Source of the DNA: a virus | Lineage: Duplodnaviria > Heunggongvirae > Uroviricota > Caudoviricetes | Virus record (IMG/VR): IMGVR_UViG_2693429508_000005 | Strand: one strand, 5' to 3' | Length of the DNA: 6,632 nt | Shown: positions 1 to 6,632 of the stretch, piece by piece | Numbering within the stretch: the stretch's first letter is position 1 | Layout: each line of letters opens with the position of its first letter | The notes under the pieces: generated by a model | What the model saw: only the letters and a program-made list of their open reading frames with translations | Database searches by the model: none | What the model was told of the DNA's origin: nothing | Translations under genes and position numbers: made by a program

Positions 1-606
1 GAAGGAGTGTCCGTTAAACTCAGGCTACCTCAGGATGCGGATAATGCGGCGGGAACGGCAGAACAGATGTTTACAGTGGCATTCAGCAGTGCCGGTAATG
101 CACTGGCGACATTCTGTACCACCGGTAAGCTGAATTTTAAATCCTTCACCTCTTCCCTGTTGTCAGATATGGCCAGAATTATGGCACAGATGGCCATGAT
201 GCAGGCGGTAAAGGGCGTCGGTTCTTTATTCGGCTTCACGACTAATGCTGATGGCGGTGTTTACCAGTCTGCTGATTTGAGTCGCTACAGTGGCACGGTG
301 GTTAACCGTCCGACGTTTTTTGCTTTTGCAAAAGGCGCGGGTGTGATGGGGGAAGCGGGACCTGAAGCCATTCTGCCACTGCGTCGCGGTGCTGATGGTA
401 AGCTGGGGGGTGTGGCGGATACTGGTGGTTCAGGCATGGTGATGTTTGCCCCGCAGTACAACATTGAGATCAATAACGATGGCACGAACGGGCAGATAGG
501 TCCGGCTGCCCTGAAGGTGGTTTATGACCTCGGGAAAAAAGCGGCCGCGGACTTTATGCAACAGCAGGCCCGTGATGGTGGCCGGTTAAGTGGAGCATAC
601 CGGTAA
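1..606 (+). CDS. H: Tail length tape-measure protein, C-terminal part (5'-partial; divergent allele H')
   Basis: Reading frame is open from the window start (the track's GTG at 7 is not the real start) and stops at TAA 604-606. The C-terminus (...NNDGTNGQIGPAALKVVYDLGKKAAADFMQQQARDGGRLSGAYR) is homologous but only about half identical to the lambda-type H C-terminus at 1455-1889 (...QNDGTNGLPGPQMMKAVYDMARKGARDEIQTQMRDGGLFSGGGR). The stop overlaps the start of an M homologue (TAATG), the synteny seen in lambda H-M. Confidence 0.7.
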   Translation, partial: EGVSVKLRLPQDADNAAGTAEQMFTVAFSSAGNALATFCTTGKLNFKSFTSSLLSDMARIMAQMAMMQAVKGVGSLFGFTTNADGGVYQSADLSRYSGTVVNRPTFFAFAKGAGVMGEAGPEAILPLRRGADGKLGGVADTGGSGMVMFAPQYNIEINNDGTNGQIGPAALKVVYDLGKKAAADFMQQQARDGGRLSGAYR

Positions 607-935
607 TGGAGACGTTTCACTGGAAAGTGCGCCCGGATATGAATGTGGTATCAGAGCCGAAAGTGGTGACAGTGAAGCTGGGCGATGGTTATGAACAGCG
701 TCGTGCGGCGGGACTGAATAACCAGTTGTCGACTTACAGCGTGACGATACGTGTTCGTAAAGGTGAACACCCATTTTTAAAAGCCTTTCTGGAACGGCAC
801 GGTGGCGTCCGCGCATTTCAGTGGACGCCACCTTATGACTGGAAGCCGATCAGGGTGGTTTGTCGTAAATGGTCGGCAAGCGTGGGGGCGTTGTGGGTAA
901 CCATAACGGCAGATTTTGAACAGGTCGTGGCATAG
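606..935 (+). CDS. M: Tail tip assembly protein M (divergent allele M')
   Basis: 109 aa, the same length as the lambda-like M at 1886-2215 and alignable end to end (shared WKV.P.M.V, GDGY.QR, AGLN..L.TYSVT, FLE.HGG, W.TPPY.W, ADFEQVV motifs), at roughly 60% identity by eye. Start overlaps the H' stop (TAATG). Confidence 0.85.
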   Translation: METFHWKVRPDMNVVSEPKVVTVKLGDGYEQRRAAGLNNQLSTYSVTIRVRKGEHPFLKAFLERHGGVRAFQWTPPYDWKPIRVVCRKWSASVGALWVTITADFEQVVA

Positions 936-944
936 GAGGCTCTG

Positions 945-1453
945 ATGCAGGATATTCCACAGGAAACACATCATGAGACGACACGCCTCACTCAGTCAGC
1001 CCAGGTGGTGCTCTGGGAAATCGATCTGACAGAGGTCGGTGGTGAACGTTATTTTTTCTGTAATGAGCAGAACGAAAAAGGTGAGCCGGTTACCTGGCAG
1101 GGGCGGCAGTATCAGGCATACCCCATTCAGGGGACGGGATTTGAACTGAACGGCAAGGGCAGTGCTGCCCGTCCGACACTGACGGTTTCTAACCTGCACG
1201 GAATGGTCACCGGGATGGCGGAAGACCTGCAGAGTCTGGTCGGCGGAACGGTGGTCAGGCGTAAGGTTTACGCCCGTTTTCTGGATGCGGTGAACTTCGT
1301 CAACGGAAACAGCGACGCCGATCCGGAACAGGAGGTGATCAGCCGCTGGCGCATCGAGCAGTGCAGCGAACTGAGCGCGGTCAGTGCCTCTTTTGTGCTG
1401 GCCACACCAACGGAGACGGATGGCGCGGTTTTCCCGGGGCGTATCATGCTGGC
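945..1453 (+). CDS. L: Tail tip protein L, N-terminal fragment (L', about 169 codons), fused in frame to an H C-terminal fragment
   Basis: AGGAGG-like RBS at about 935-940 precedes ATG 945. From about nt 1005 it is roughly 90% identical in nucleotides to the L gene at 2215-3070; the first ~20 codons diverge. Homology to L stops after ...GRIML at 1453, with an ambiguous base n at 1454. Confidence 0.7.
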
Positions 1454-1454
1454 N

Positions 1455-1889
1455 GGGGCTGTTGGTGGCGGCGCATCCGCGTCAGGTGGTACAGCCATTC
1501 AGGCCGCTGCGGCGAAATTCCATTTTGCAACTGGGGGATTTACGGGAACCGGCGGCAAATATGAGCCAGCGGGGATTGTTCACCGTGGTGAATTTGTCTT
1601 CACGAAGGAGGCAACCAGCCGGATTGGCGTGGGGAATCTCTACCGGCTGATGCGCGGCTATGCGGAAGGTGGTTATGTGGGCGGTGCCGGAAGTCCGGCG
1701 CAGATGCGGCGGGCTGAAGGCATTAATTTTAATCAGAACAATCACGTGGTGATTCAGAACGACGGTACGAATGGTCTGCCAGGTCCACAGATGATGAAGG
1801 CCGTGTATGACATGGCCCGCAAGGGTGCCCGTGATGAAATTCAGACACAGATGCGTGATGGTGGCCTGTTCTCCGGAGGTGGACGATGA
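1455..1889 (+). CDS. H: Tail tape-measure protein H, C-terminal fragment (lambda-type, about 144 codons), 3' part of the chimeric ORF 945-1889
   Basis: Ends ...QMRDGGLFSGGGR, matching the lambda gpH C-terminus as I recall it. Stop TGA 1887-1889 overlaps the M start ATG 1886 (ATGA), as in lambda H/M. Gly/Ala-rich segment typical of tape-measure C-termini. Confidence 0.7.
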   Translation, partial: GAVGGGASASGGTAIQAAAAKFHFATGGFTGTGGKYEPAGIVHRGEFVFTKEATSRIGVGNLYRLMRGYAEGGYVGGAGSPAQMRRAEGINFNQNNHVVIQNDGTNGLPGPQMMKAVYDMARKGARDEIQTQMRDGGLFSGGGR

Positions 1890-2215
1890 AAACCTTCCGC
1901 TGGAAAGTGAAACCCGGTATGGATGTGGCTTCGGCCCCTTCTGTAAGAAAGGTGCGCTTTGGTGATGGCTATTCCCAGCGAGCGCCTGCCGGGCTGAATG
2001 CCAACCTGAAAACGTACAGCGTGACGCTTTCTGTCCCCCGTGAGGAGGCCATGGTACTGGAGTCGTTTCTGGAAGAGCACGGGGGCTGGAAAGCCTTTCT
2101 GTGGACGCCGCCTTATGAGTGGCGGCAGATAAAGGTGACCTGCGCAAAATGGTCGTCGCGGGTCAGTATGCTGCGTGTTGAGTTCAGCGCAGAGTTTGAA
2201 CAGGTGGTGAACTGA
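1886..2215 (+). CDS. M: Tail tip assembly protein M (lambda-like)
   Basis: 109-aa ORF MKTFRWKVKPGMDVAS...SAEFEQVVN, essentially identical to lambda gpM as recalled. ATGA overlap with the upstream H stop, and its stop overlaps the L start at 2215. Confidence 0.92.
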   Translation: MKTFRWKVKPGMDVASAPSVRKVRFGDGYSQRAPAGLNANLKTYSVTLSVPREEAMVLESFLEEHGGWKAFLWTPPYEWRQIKVTCAKWSSRVSMLRVEFSAEFEQVVN

Positions 2216-3070
2216 TGCAGGATATCCGGCAGGAAACACTGAATGAATGCACCCGTGCGGAGCAGTCGGCCAGCGTGGTGCTCTGGGAAATCGATCTGAC
2301 AGAGGTCGGTGGAGAACGTTATTTTTTCTGTAATGAGCAGAACGAAAAAGGTGAGCCGGTTACCTGGCAGGGGCGGCAGTATCAGGCNNNNNNNNNNNNN
2401 NNNNNNNNNNNNNNNNNNNNNNNNNNNNNNNNNNNNNNNNNNNNNNNNNNNTCTGACAGAGGTCGGTGGAGAACGTTATTTTTTCTGTAATGAGCAGAAC
2501 GAAAAAGGTGAGCCGGTCACCTGGCAGGGGCGACAGTATCAGCCGTATCCCATTCAGGGGAGTGGTTTTGAACTGAATGGCAAAGGCACCAGTACGCGCC
2601 CCACGCTGATGGTTTCTAACCTGTACGGTATGGTCACCGGGATGGCGGAAGATCTACAGAGTCTGGTCGGCGGAACGGTGGTCCGGCGTAAGGTTTACGC
2701 CCGTTTTCTGGATGCGGTGAACTTCGTCAACGGAAACAGTGACGCCGATCCGGAGCAGGAGGTGATCAGCCGCTGGCGCATTGAGCAGTGCAGCGAACTG
2801 AGCGCGGTGAGTGCCTCTTTTGTACTGTCCACGCCGACGGAAACAGATGGCGCTGTTTTTCCGGGACGTATCATGCTGGCCAACACCTGCACCTGGACCT
2901 ATCGCGGCGATGAGTGCGGTTATCACGGTCCGGCGGTCGCGGATGAATATGACCAGCCAACGTCCGACATCACGAAGGATAAATGCAGCAAATGCCTGAG
3001 TGGCTGTAAGTTTCGCAATAACGTCGGCAACTTTGGCGGCTTCCTTTCCATTAACAAACTTTCGCAGTAA
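2215..3070 (+). CDS. L: Tail tip protein L (lambda-like), interrupted by an N-gap and a redundant 93-bp overlap; intact 232-codon gene if 2215-2385 is joined to 2543-3070
   Basis: N-terminal ORF 2215-2387 (MQDIRQETLNECTRAEQSASVVLWEIDLTEVGGERYFFCNEQNEKGEPVTWQGRQYQ) runs into the N-run. Sequence after the gap repeats the last 93 nt and continues in L frame to TAA 3068-3070. Joining 171 + 528 nt gives 699 nt, which is 232 aa plus stop. C-terminus carries a Cys cluster (CTWTYRGDECGYHG...KDKCSKCLSGC). Confidence 0.85.
2388..2451. other. Assembly gap (64 N)
   Basis: Continuous run of n from 2388 to 2451. Confidence 0.97.
2452..2544. repeat. 93-bp direct duplicate of 2295-2387 flanking the gap (unmerged contig overlap)
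   Basis: 2452-2544 (tctgacagaggtcggtggagaacg...cagtatcagcc) repeats 2295-2387 with 3 mismatches (T/C, G/A and a final G/C). Confidence 0.9.
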
Positions 3071-3075
3071 ATCCC

Positions 3076-3819
3076 ATGACAGAGACAGAATCAGCGATTC
3101 TGGCGCACGCCCGGCGATGTGCTCCAGCGGAGTCGTGCGGCTTCGTGGTAAGAACGCCGGAGGGGGAAAGATATTTCCCCTGCGTGAATATCTCCGGTGA
3201 GCCGGAGGCGTATTTCCGTATGTCGCCGGAAGACTGGCTGCAGGCAGAGATGCAGGGTGAGATTGTGGCACTGGTCCACAGCCACCCCGGTGGTCTGCCC
3301 TGGCTGAGTGAGGCCGACCGGCGGCTGCAGGTGCAGAGTGATTTGCCGTGGTGGCTGGTCTGCCGGGGGGCGATTCACAAGTTCCGCTGTGTGCCACATC
3401 TTACCGGGCGGCGCTTTGAGCACGGGGTGACGGACTGTTACACGCTGTTCCGGGATGCTTACCATCTGGCGGGGATTGAGATGCCGGATTTTCATCGTGA
3501 GGATGACTGGTGGCGTCACGGTCAGAATCTCTATCTGGATAATCTGGAGGCCACAGGGCTGTATCAGGTGCCGTTGTCAGCGGCGCAGCCGGGCGATGTG
3601 CTGCTGTGCTGTTTTGGTTCATCGGTGCCGAATCATGCCGCCATTTACTGTGGTGACGGCGAGCTGCTGCACCATATTCCTGAACAACTGAGCAAACGAG
3701 AGAGGTATACCGACAAATGGCAGCGACGCACACACTCCCTCTGGCGTCACCGGGCATGGCACGCATCTGCCTTTACGGGGATTTGCAACGATTTGGCCGC
3801 CGCATCGACCTTCGTGTGA
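3076..3819 (+). CDS. K: Tail tip assembly protein K (MPN/JAMM plus NlpC/P60-like), long form of 247 aa; the classical lambda-type start would be the in-frame ATG at 3220
   Basis: ORF MTETESAILAHARRCAPAESCGFVV... is open from the ATG 6 nt after the L stop. It contains the JAMM signature H-x-H-x7-S-x2-D (HSHPGGLPWLSEAD) and a Cys...His pair (GVTDCYTLF ... NHAAIY) compatible with an NlpC/P60 fold. The last 103 nt overlap I, as in lambda K/I. Confidence 0.85.
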   Translation: MTETESAILAHARRCAPAESCGFVVRTPEGERYFPCVNISGEPEAYFRMSPEDWLQAEMQGEIVALVHSHPGGLPWLSEADRRLQVQSDLPWWLVCRGAIHKFRCVPHLTGRRFEHGVTDCYTLFRDAYHLAGIEMPDFHREDDWWRHGQNLYLDNLEATGLYQVPLSAAQPGDVLLCCFGSSVPNHAAIYCGDGELLHHIPEQLSKRERYTDKWQRRTHSLWRHRAWHASAFTGICNDLAAASTFV

Positions 3820-4388
3820 AAACGGGTGCCGAAGCCATCCGGGCGATGGCCACACAGCTCCCTGCGTTTCGTCAGAAGCTGAGCGACGGCTGGTATCAGG
3901 TGCGTATTGCCGGGCAGGATGTTAGCACGTCCGGATTAACGGCGCAGTTACATGAGGCTCTGCCTGACGGCGCTGTGATTCATATTGTTCCCAGAGTCGC
4001 CGGGGCCAAGTCAGGTGGTGTATTCCAGATTGTCCTGGGAGCAGCCGCCATTGCCGGATCATTCTTTACCGCCGGAGCCACCCTTGCAGCATGGGGGGCT
4101 GCCATTGGTGCCGGTGGTATGACCGGCATTCTGTTTTCTCTCGGTGCCAGTATGGTGCTCGGCGGTGTGGCTCAGATGCTGGCACCGAAAGCCAGAACTC
4201 CCCGCACACAGACAACGGATAACGGTAAGCAGAACACCTATTTCTCCTCACTGGATAACATGGTTGCCCAGGGCAATGTTATGCCTGTTCTGTATGGTGA
4301 AATGCGCGTGGGGTCACGTGTGGTATCTCAGGAGATCAGCACGGCAGACGAAGGGGACGGTGGTCAGGTTGTGGTGATTGGTCGCTGA
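3717..4388 (+). CDS. I: Tail tip assembly protein I
   Basis: 223-aa ORF MAATHTLPLASPGMARICLYGDLQRFGRRIDLRVKTG...VVVIGR, essentially identical to lambda gpI as recalled. Overlaps the 3' end of K in a different frame. Contains a long Gly/Ala-rich hydrophobic segment. Confidence 0.92.
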   Translation: MAATHTLPLASPGMARICLYGDLQRFGRRIDLRVKTGAEAIRAMATQLPAFRQKLSDGWYQVRIAGQDVSTSGLTAQLHEALPDGAVIHIVPRVAGAKSGGVFQIVLGAAAIAGSFFTAGATLAAWGAAIGAGGMTGILFSLGASMVLGGVAQMLAPKARTPRTQTTDNGKQNTYFSSLDNMVAQGNVMPVLYGEMRVGSRVVSQEISTADEGDGGQVVVIGR

Positions 4389-4410
4389 TGCAAAATGTTT
4401 TATGTGAAAT

Positions 4411-4427
4411 CGCCTCCGGGCGGTTTT
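4411..4427 (+). terminator. Small GC hairpin followed by TTTT in the I-J intergenic spacer (possible weak terminator or attenuator)
   Basis: CGCC-TCCG-GGCG (4-bp stem, 4-nt loop) at 4411-4422, followed by GTTTT. Lies between the I stop (4386-4388) and the J RBS (GGAG at 4437-4440). Confidence 0.2.
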
Positions 4428-4448
4428 ATCGTTTATGGAGCATGACGA

Positions 4449-6632
4449 ATGGGTAAAGGCAGCAGTAAGGGGCATACCCCGCGCGAAGCGAAGGACAACC
4501 TGAAATCCACGCAGTTGCTGAGTGTGATTGATGCCATCAGCGAAGGGCCGGTTGAAGGTCCGGTGGATGGATTAAAAAGCGTGCTGCTGAACAGTACGCC
4601 GGTGCTGGACAGTGAGGGGAATACCAACATCTCCGGCGTCACGGTGGTGTTCCGGGCAGGTGAGCAGGAGCAGTCACCGCCGGAGGGATTTGAATCCTCC
4701 GGCTCCGAGACGGTGCTGGGTACGGAAGTGAAATATGACACGCCGATCACCCGGACCATCACGTCGGCAAACATTGACCGACTGCGTTTTACCTTCGGTG
4801 TACAGGCACTGGTGGAAACCACCTCAAAGGGAGACAGGAATCCGTCTGAAGTTCGCCTGCTGGTTCAGATACAGCGTAACGGTGGCTGGGTGACGGAAAA
4901 AGACATCACCATTAAGGGCAAAACCACCTCGCAGTATCTGGCCTCGGTGGTGGTGGATAACCTGCCGCCGCGCCCGTTTAATATCCGGATGCGCAGAATG
5001 ACGCCGGACAGCACCACAGACCAGCTGCAGAACAAAACGCTCTGGTCGTCATACACCGAAATCATCGATGTGAAACAGTGCTACCCGAACACGGCACTGG
5101 TCGGCGTACAGGTGGATTCGGAGCAGTTCGGCAGCCAGCAGGTGAGCCGTAATTATCATCTTCGCGGGCGCATTCTGCAGGTGCCGTCGAACTATAATCC
5201 GCAGACGCGGCAATACAGCGGTATCTGGGACGGAACGTTAAAACCGGCATACAGCAACAACATGGCCTGGTGTCTGTGGGATATGCTGACCCATCCGCGC
5301 TATGGCATGGGGAAACGTCTTGGTGCGGCAGATGTGGATAAATGGGCGCTGTATGTCATCGGCCAGTACTGTGACCAGTCGGTGCCGGACGGCTTTGGCA
5401 GCACGGAGCCGCGCATCACCTGTAATGCCTGGCTGACCACACAGCGCAAGGCGTGGGATGTGCTCAGTGATTTCTGCTCGGCGATGCGCTGTATGCCGGT
5501 ATGGAACGGGCAGACGCTGACGTTCGTGCAGGACCGACAGTCGGATAAGGTGTGGGCCTATAACCGCAGTAATGTGGTGATGCCGGATGATGGCGCGCCG
5601 TTCCGCTACAGTTTCAGCGCCCTGAAAGACCGCCATAATGCCGTTGAGGTGAACTGGATTGACCCGGATAACGGCTGGGAGACGGCGACAGAGCTTGTGG
5701 AGGATACGCAGGCCATTGTCCGTTACGGTCGTAACGTCACGAAGATGGATGCCTTTGGCTGTACCAGCCGGGGGCAGGCACACCGAGCCGGGCTGTGGCT
5801 GATTAAAACGGAACTGCTGGAGACGCAGACCGTGGATTTCAGCGTGGGTGCTGAAGGGCTTCGTCATGTACCGGGCGATGTCATTGAAATCTGCGATGAT
5901 GACTATGCCGGTATCCGCACCGGCGGGCGCGTGCTGGCGGTGAACAGCCAGACCCGGACGCTGACGCTCGACCGTGAAATCACGCTGCCATCCTCCGGCA
6001 CCACGCTGATAAGCCTGGTTGACGGGCAGGGGAATCCGGTCAGCGTGGAGGTCCAGTCCGTCACCGACGGCGTGAAGGTAAAAGTGAGCCGTGTTCCTGA
6101 CGGTGTTGCTGAATACAGCGTGTGGGGGCTGAAGCTGCCGACGCTGCACCAGCGATTGTTCCGCTGCGTGAGTATCCGTGAGAACGACGACGGCACGTAT
6201 GCCATCACCGCCGTGCAGCATGTGCCGGAAAAAGAAGCCATCGTGGATAACGGGGCGCACTTTGACGGCGACCAGAGCGGCACGGTGAATGGTGTCACGC
6301 CGCCAGCGGTGCAGCACCTGACTGCCGAAGTCACCGCAGACAGCGGGGAATATCAGGTGCTGGCGCGCTGGGACACGCCGAAGGTGGTGAAGGGCGTGAG
6401 CTTCCTGCTCCGTCTGACCGTAACAGCGGATGACGGCAGTGAGCGGCTGGTCAGCACGGCCCGGACGACGGAAACCACTTACCGCTTCACACAACTGGCG
6501 CTGGGGAACTACAGGCTGACAGTCCGGGCAGTAAATGCGTGGGGGCAGCAGGGCGATCCGGCGTCGGTATCGTTCCGGATTGCCGCACCGGCAGCGCTGT
6601 CGCGGATTGAGCTGACGCCGGGCTATTTTCAG
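4449..6632 (+). CDS. J: Tail tip attachment / host specificity protein J, N-terminal 728 codons (3'-partial, runs off the window)
   Basis: ATG 4449 preceded by GGAG 9-12 nt upstream. Open frame to the window end, MGKGSSKGHTPREAKDNLKSTQLLSVIDAISEGPVEGPVDGLKSVLLNSTPVLD..., highly similar to lambda gpJ as recalled. Not in the ORF track because it has no stop within the window. Confidence 0.93.
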   Translation, partial: MGKGSSKGHTPREAKDNLKSTQLLSVIDAISEGPVEGPVDGLKSVLLNSTPVLDSEGNTNISGVTVVFRAGEQEQSPPEGFESSGSETVLGTEVKYDTPITRTITSANIDRLRFTFGVQALVETTSKGDRNPSEVRLLVQIQRNGGWVTEKDITIKGKTTSQYLASVVVDNLPPRPFNIRMRRMTPDSTTDQLQNKTLWSSYTEIIDVKQCYPNTALVGVQVDSEQFGSQQVSRNYHLRGRILQVPSNYNPQTRQYSGIWDGTLKPAYSNNMAWCLWDMLTHPRYGMGKRLGAADVDKWALYVIGQYCDQSVPDGFGSTEPRITCNAWLTTQRKAWDVLSDFCSAMRCMPVWNGQTLTFVQDRQSDKVWAYNRSNVVMPDDGAPFRYSFSALKDRHNAVEVNWIDPDNGWETATELVEDTQAIVRYGRNVTKMDAFGCTSRGQAHRAGLWLIKTELLETQTVDFSVGAEGLRHVPGDVIEICDDDYAGIRTGGRVLAVNSQTRTLTLDREITLPSSGTTLISLVDGQGNPVSVEVQSVTDGVKVKVSRVPDGVAEYSVWGLKLPTLHQRLFRCVSIRENDDGTYAITAVQHVPEKEAIVDNGAHFDGDQSGTVNGVTPPAVQHLTAEVTADSGEYQVLARWDTPKVVKGVSFLLRLTVTADDGSERLVSTARTTETTYRFTQLALGNYRLTVRAVNAWGQQGDPASVSFRIAAPAALSRIELTPGYFQ

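Noticed and set aside
1361-1650. Short plus-strand ORFs (67 and 88 aa) in alternative frames within the chimeric ORF
   Set aside because: Out of frame inside a recognisable coding region, Arg/Trp/Cys-rich, and contain X from the ambiguous base. Not credible genes.
1482-2239. Minus-strand ORFs of 221 aa and 132 aa overlapping the H C-terminus and M
   Set aside because: Antisense to conserved tail genes, with biased composition (Arg/Pro/His-rich). Shadow ORFs.
2309-2387. Upstream extension of the track ORF 2309-3070 (MENVIFSVMSRTKKV...)
   Set aside because: Produced by reading the pre-gap L sequence in the wrong frame through the N-run. The real L frame starts at 2215 and resumes at 2543.
2654-3519. 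Minus-strand ORFs of 247 aa and 142 aa overlapping L and K
   Set aside because: Antisense to L and K, whose sense-strand products closely match lambda proteins. No independent support.
3455-3691. 78-aa Cys/Arg-rich plus-strand ORF inside K
   Set aside because: Alternative frame within the conserved K coding sequence. Composition is an out-of-frame artefact.
5238-6494. 418-aa minus-strand ORF, with a nested 143-aa ORF at 5903-6334
   Set aside because: Lies entirely antisense to the well-supported J coding sequence. It is Arg/His/Pro-rich and low-complexity, typical of a shadow ORF in a GC-rich gene, with no recognisable start context.
1-6632. Possibility of a novel defence or accessory system in this window
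   Set aside because: Every sizeable ORF is accounted for by lambda-type tail genes H, M, L, K, I and J in canonical order. There is no moron-like insert, no foreign-composition island and no repeats other than those attributable to assembly. The unusual architecture is better explained by chimeric assembly of two related prophages.

Overview
This window is the tail-tip assembly block of a lambda-like (lambdoid) enterobacterial prophage, all on the + strand: tape-measure H C-terminus, M, L, K, I and the first 728 codons of J, which runs off the 3' end. The proteins match my recollection of phage lambda gpM, gpL, gpK, gpI and gpJ closely; this is from memory, not a database search. Upstream of that block sits a second, more divergent partial copy of the module (H' C-terminus, M', L' N-terminus) whose L' is fused in frame to a lambda-type H C-terminus, with an ambiguous base (n) exactly at the junction. 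Further down, a 64-N gap inside L is flanked by a 93-bp duplicated overlap. I read both as most likely draft-assembly artefacts from collapsing or joining two related lambdoid prophages, though a genuine recombinant junction at 1453-1455 cannot be excluded from sequence alone. I see no CRISPR array, tRNA/rRNA, integrase, transposase or defence-system-like genes. I do not find evidence for a novel biological system here; the notable points are the chimeric junction, the mosaic boundary in L, and a probable longer K start than the classical lambda annotation.
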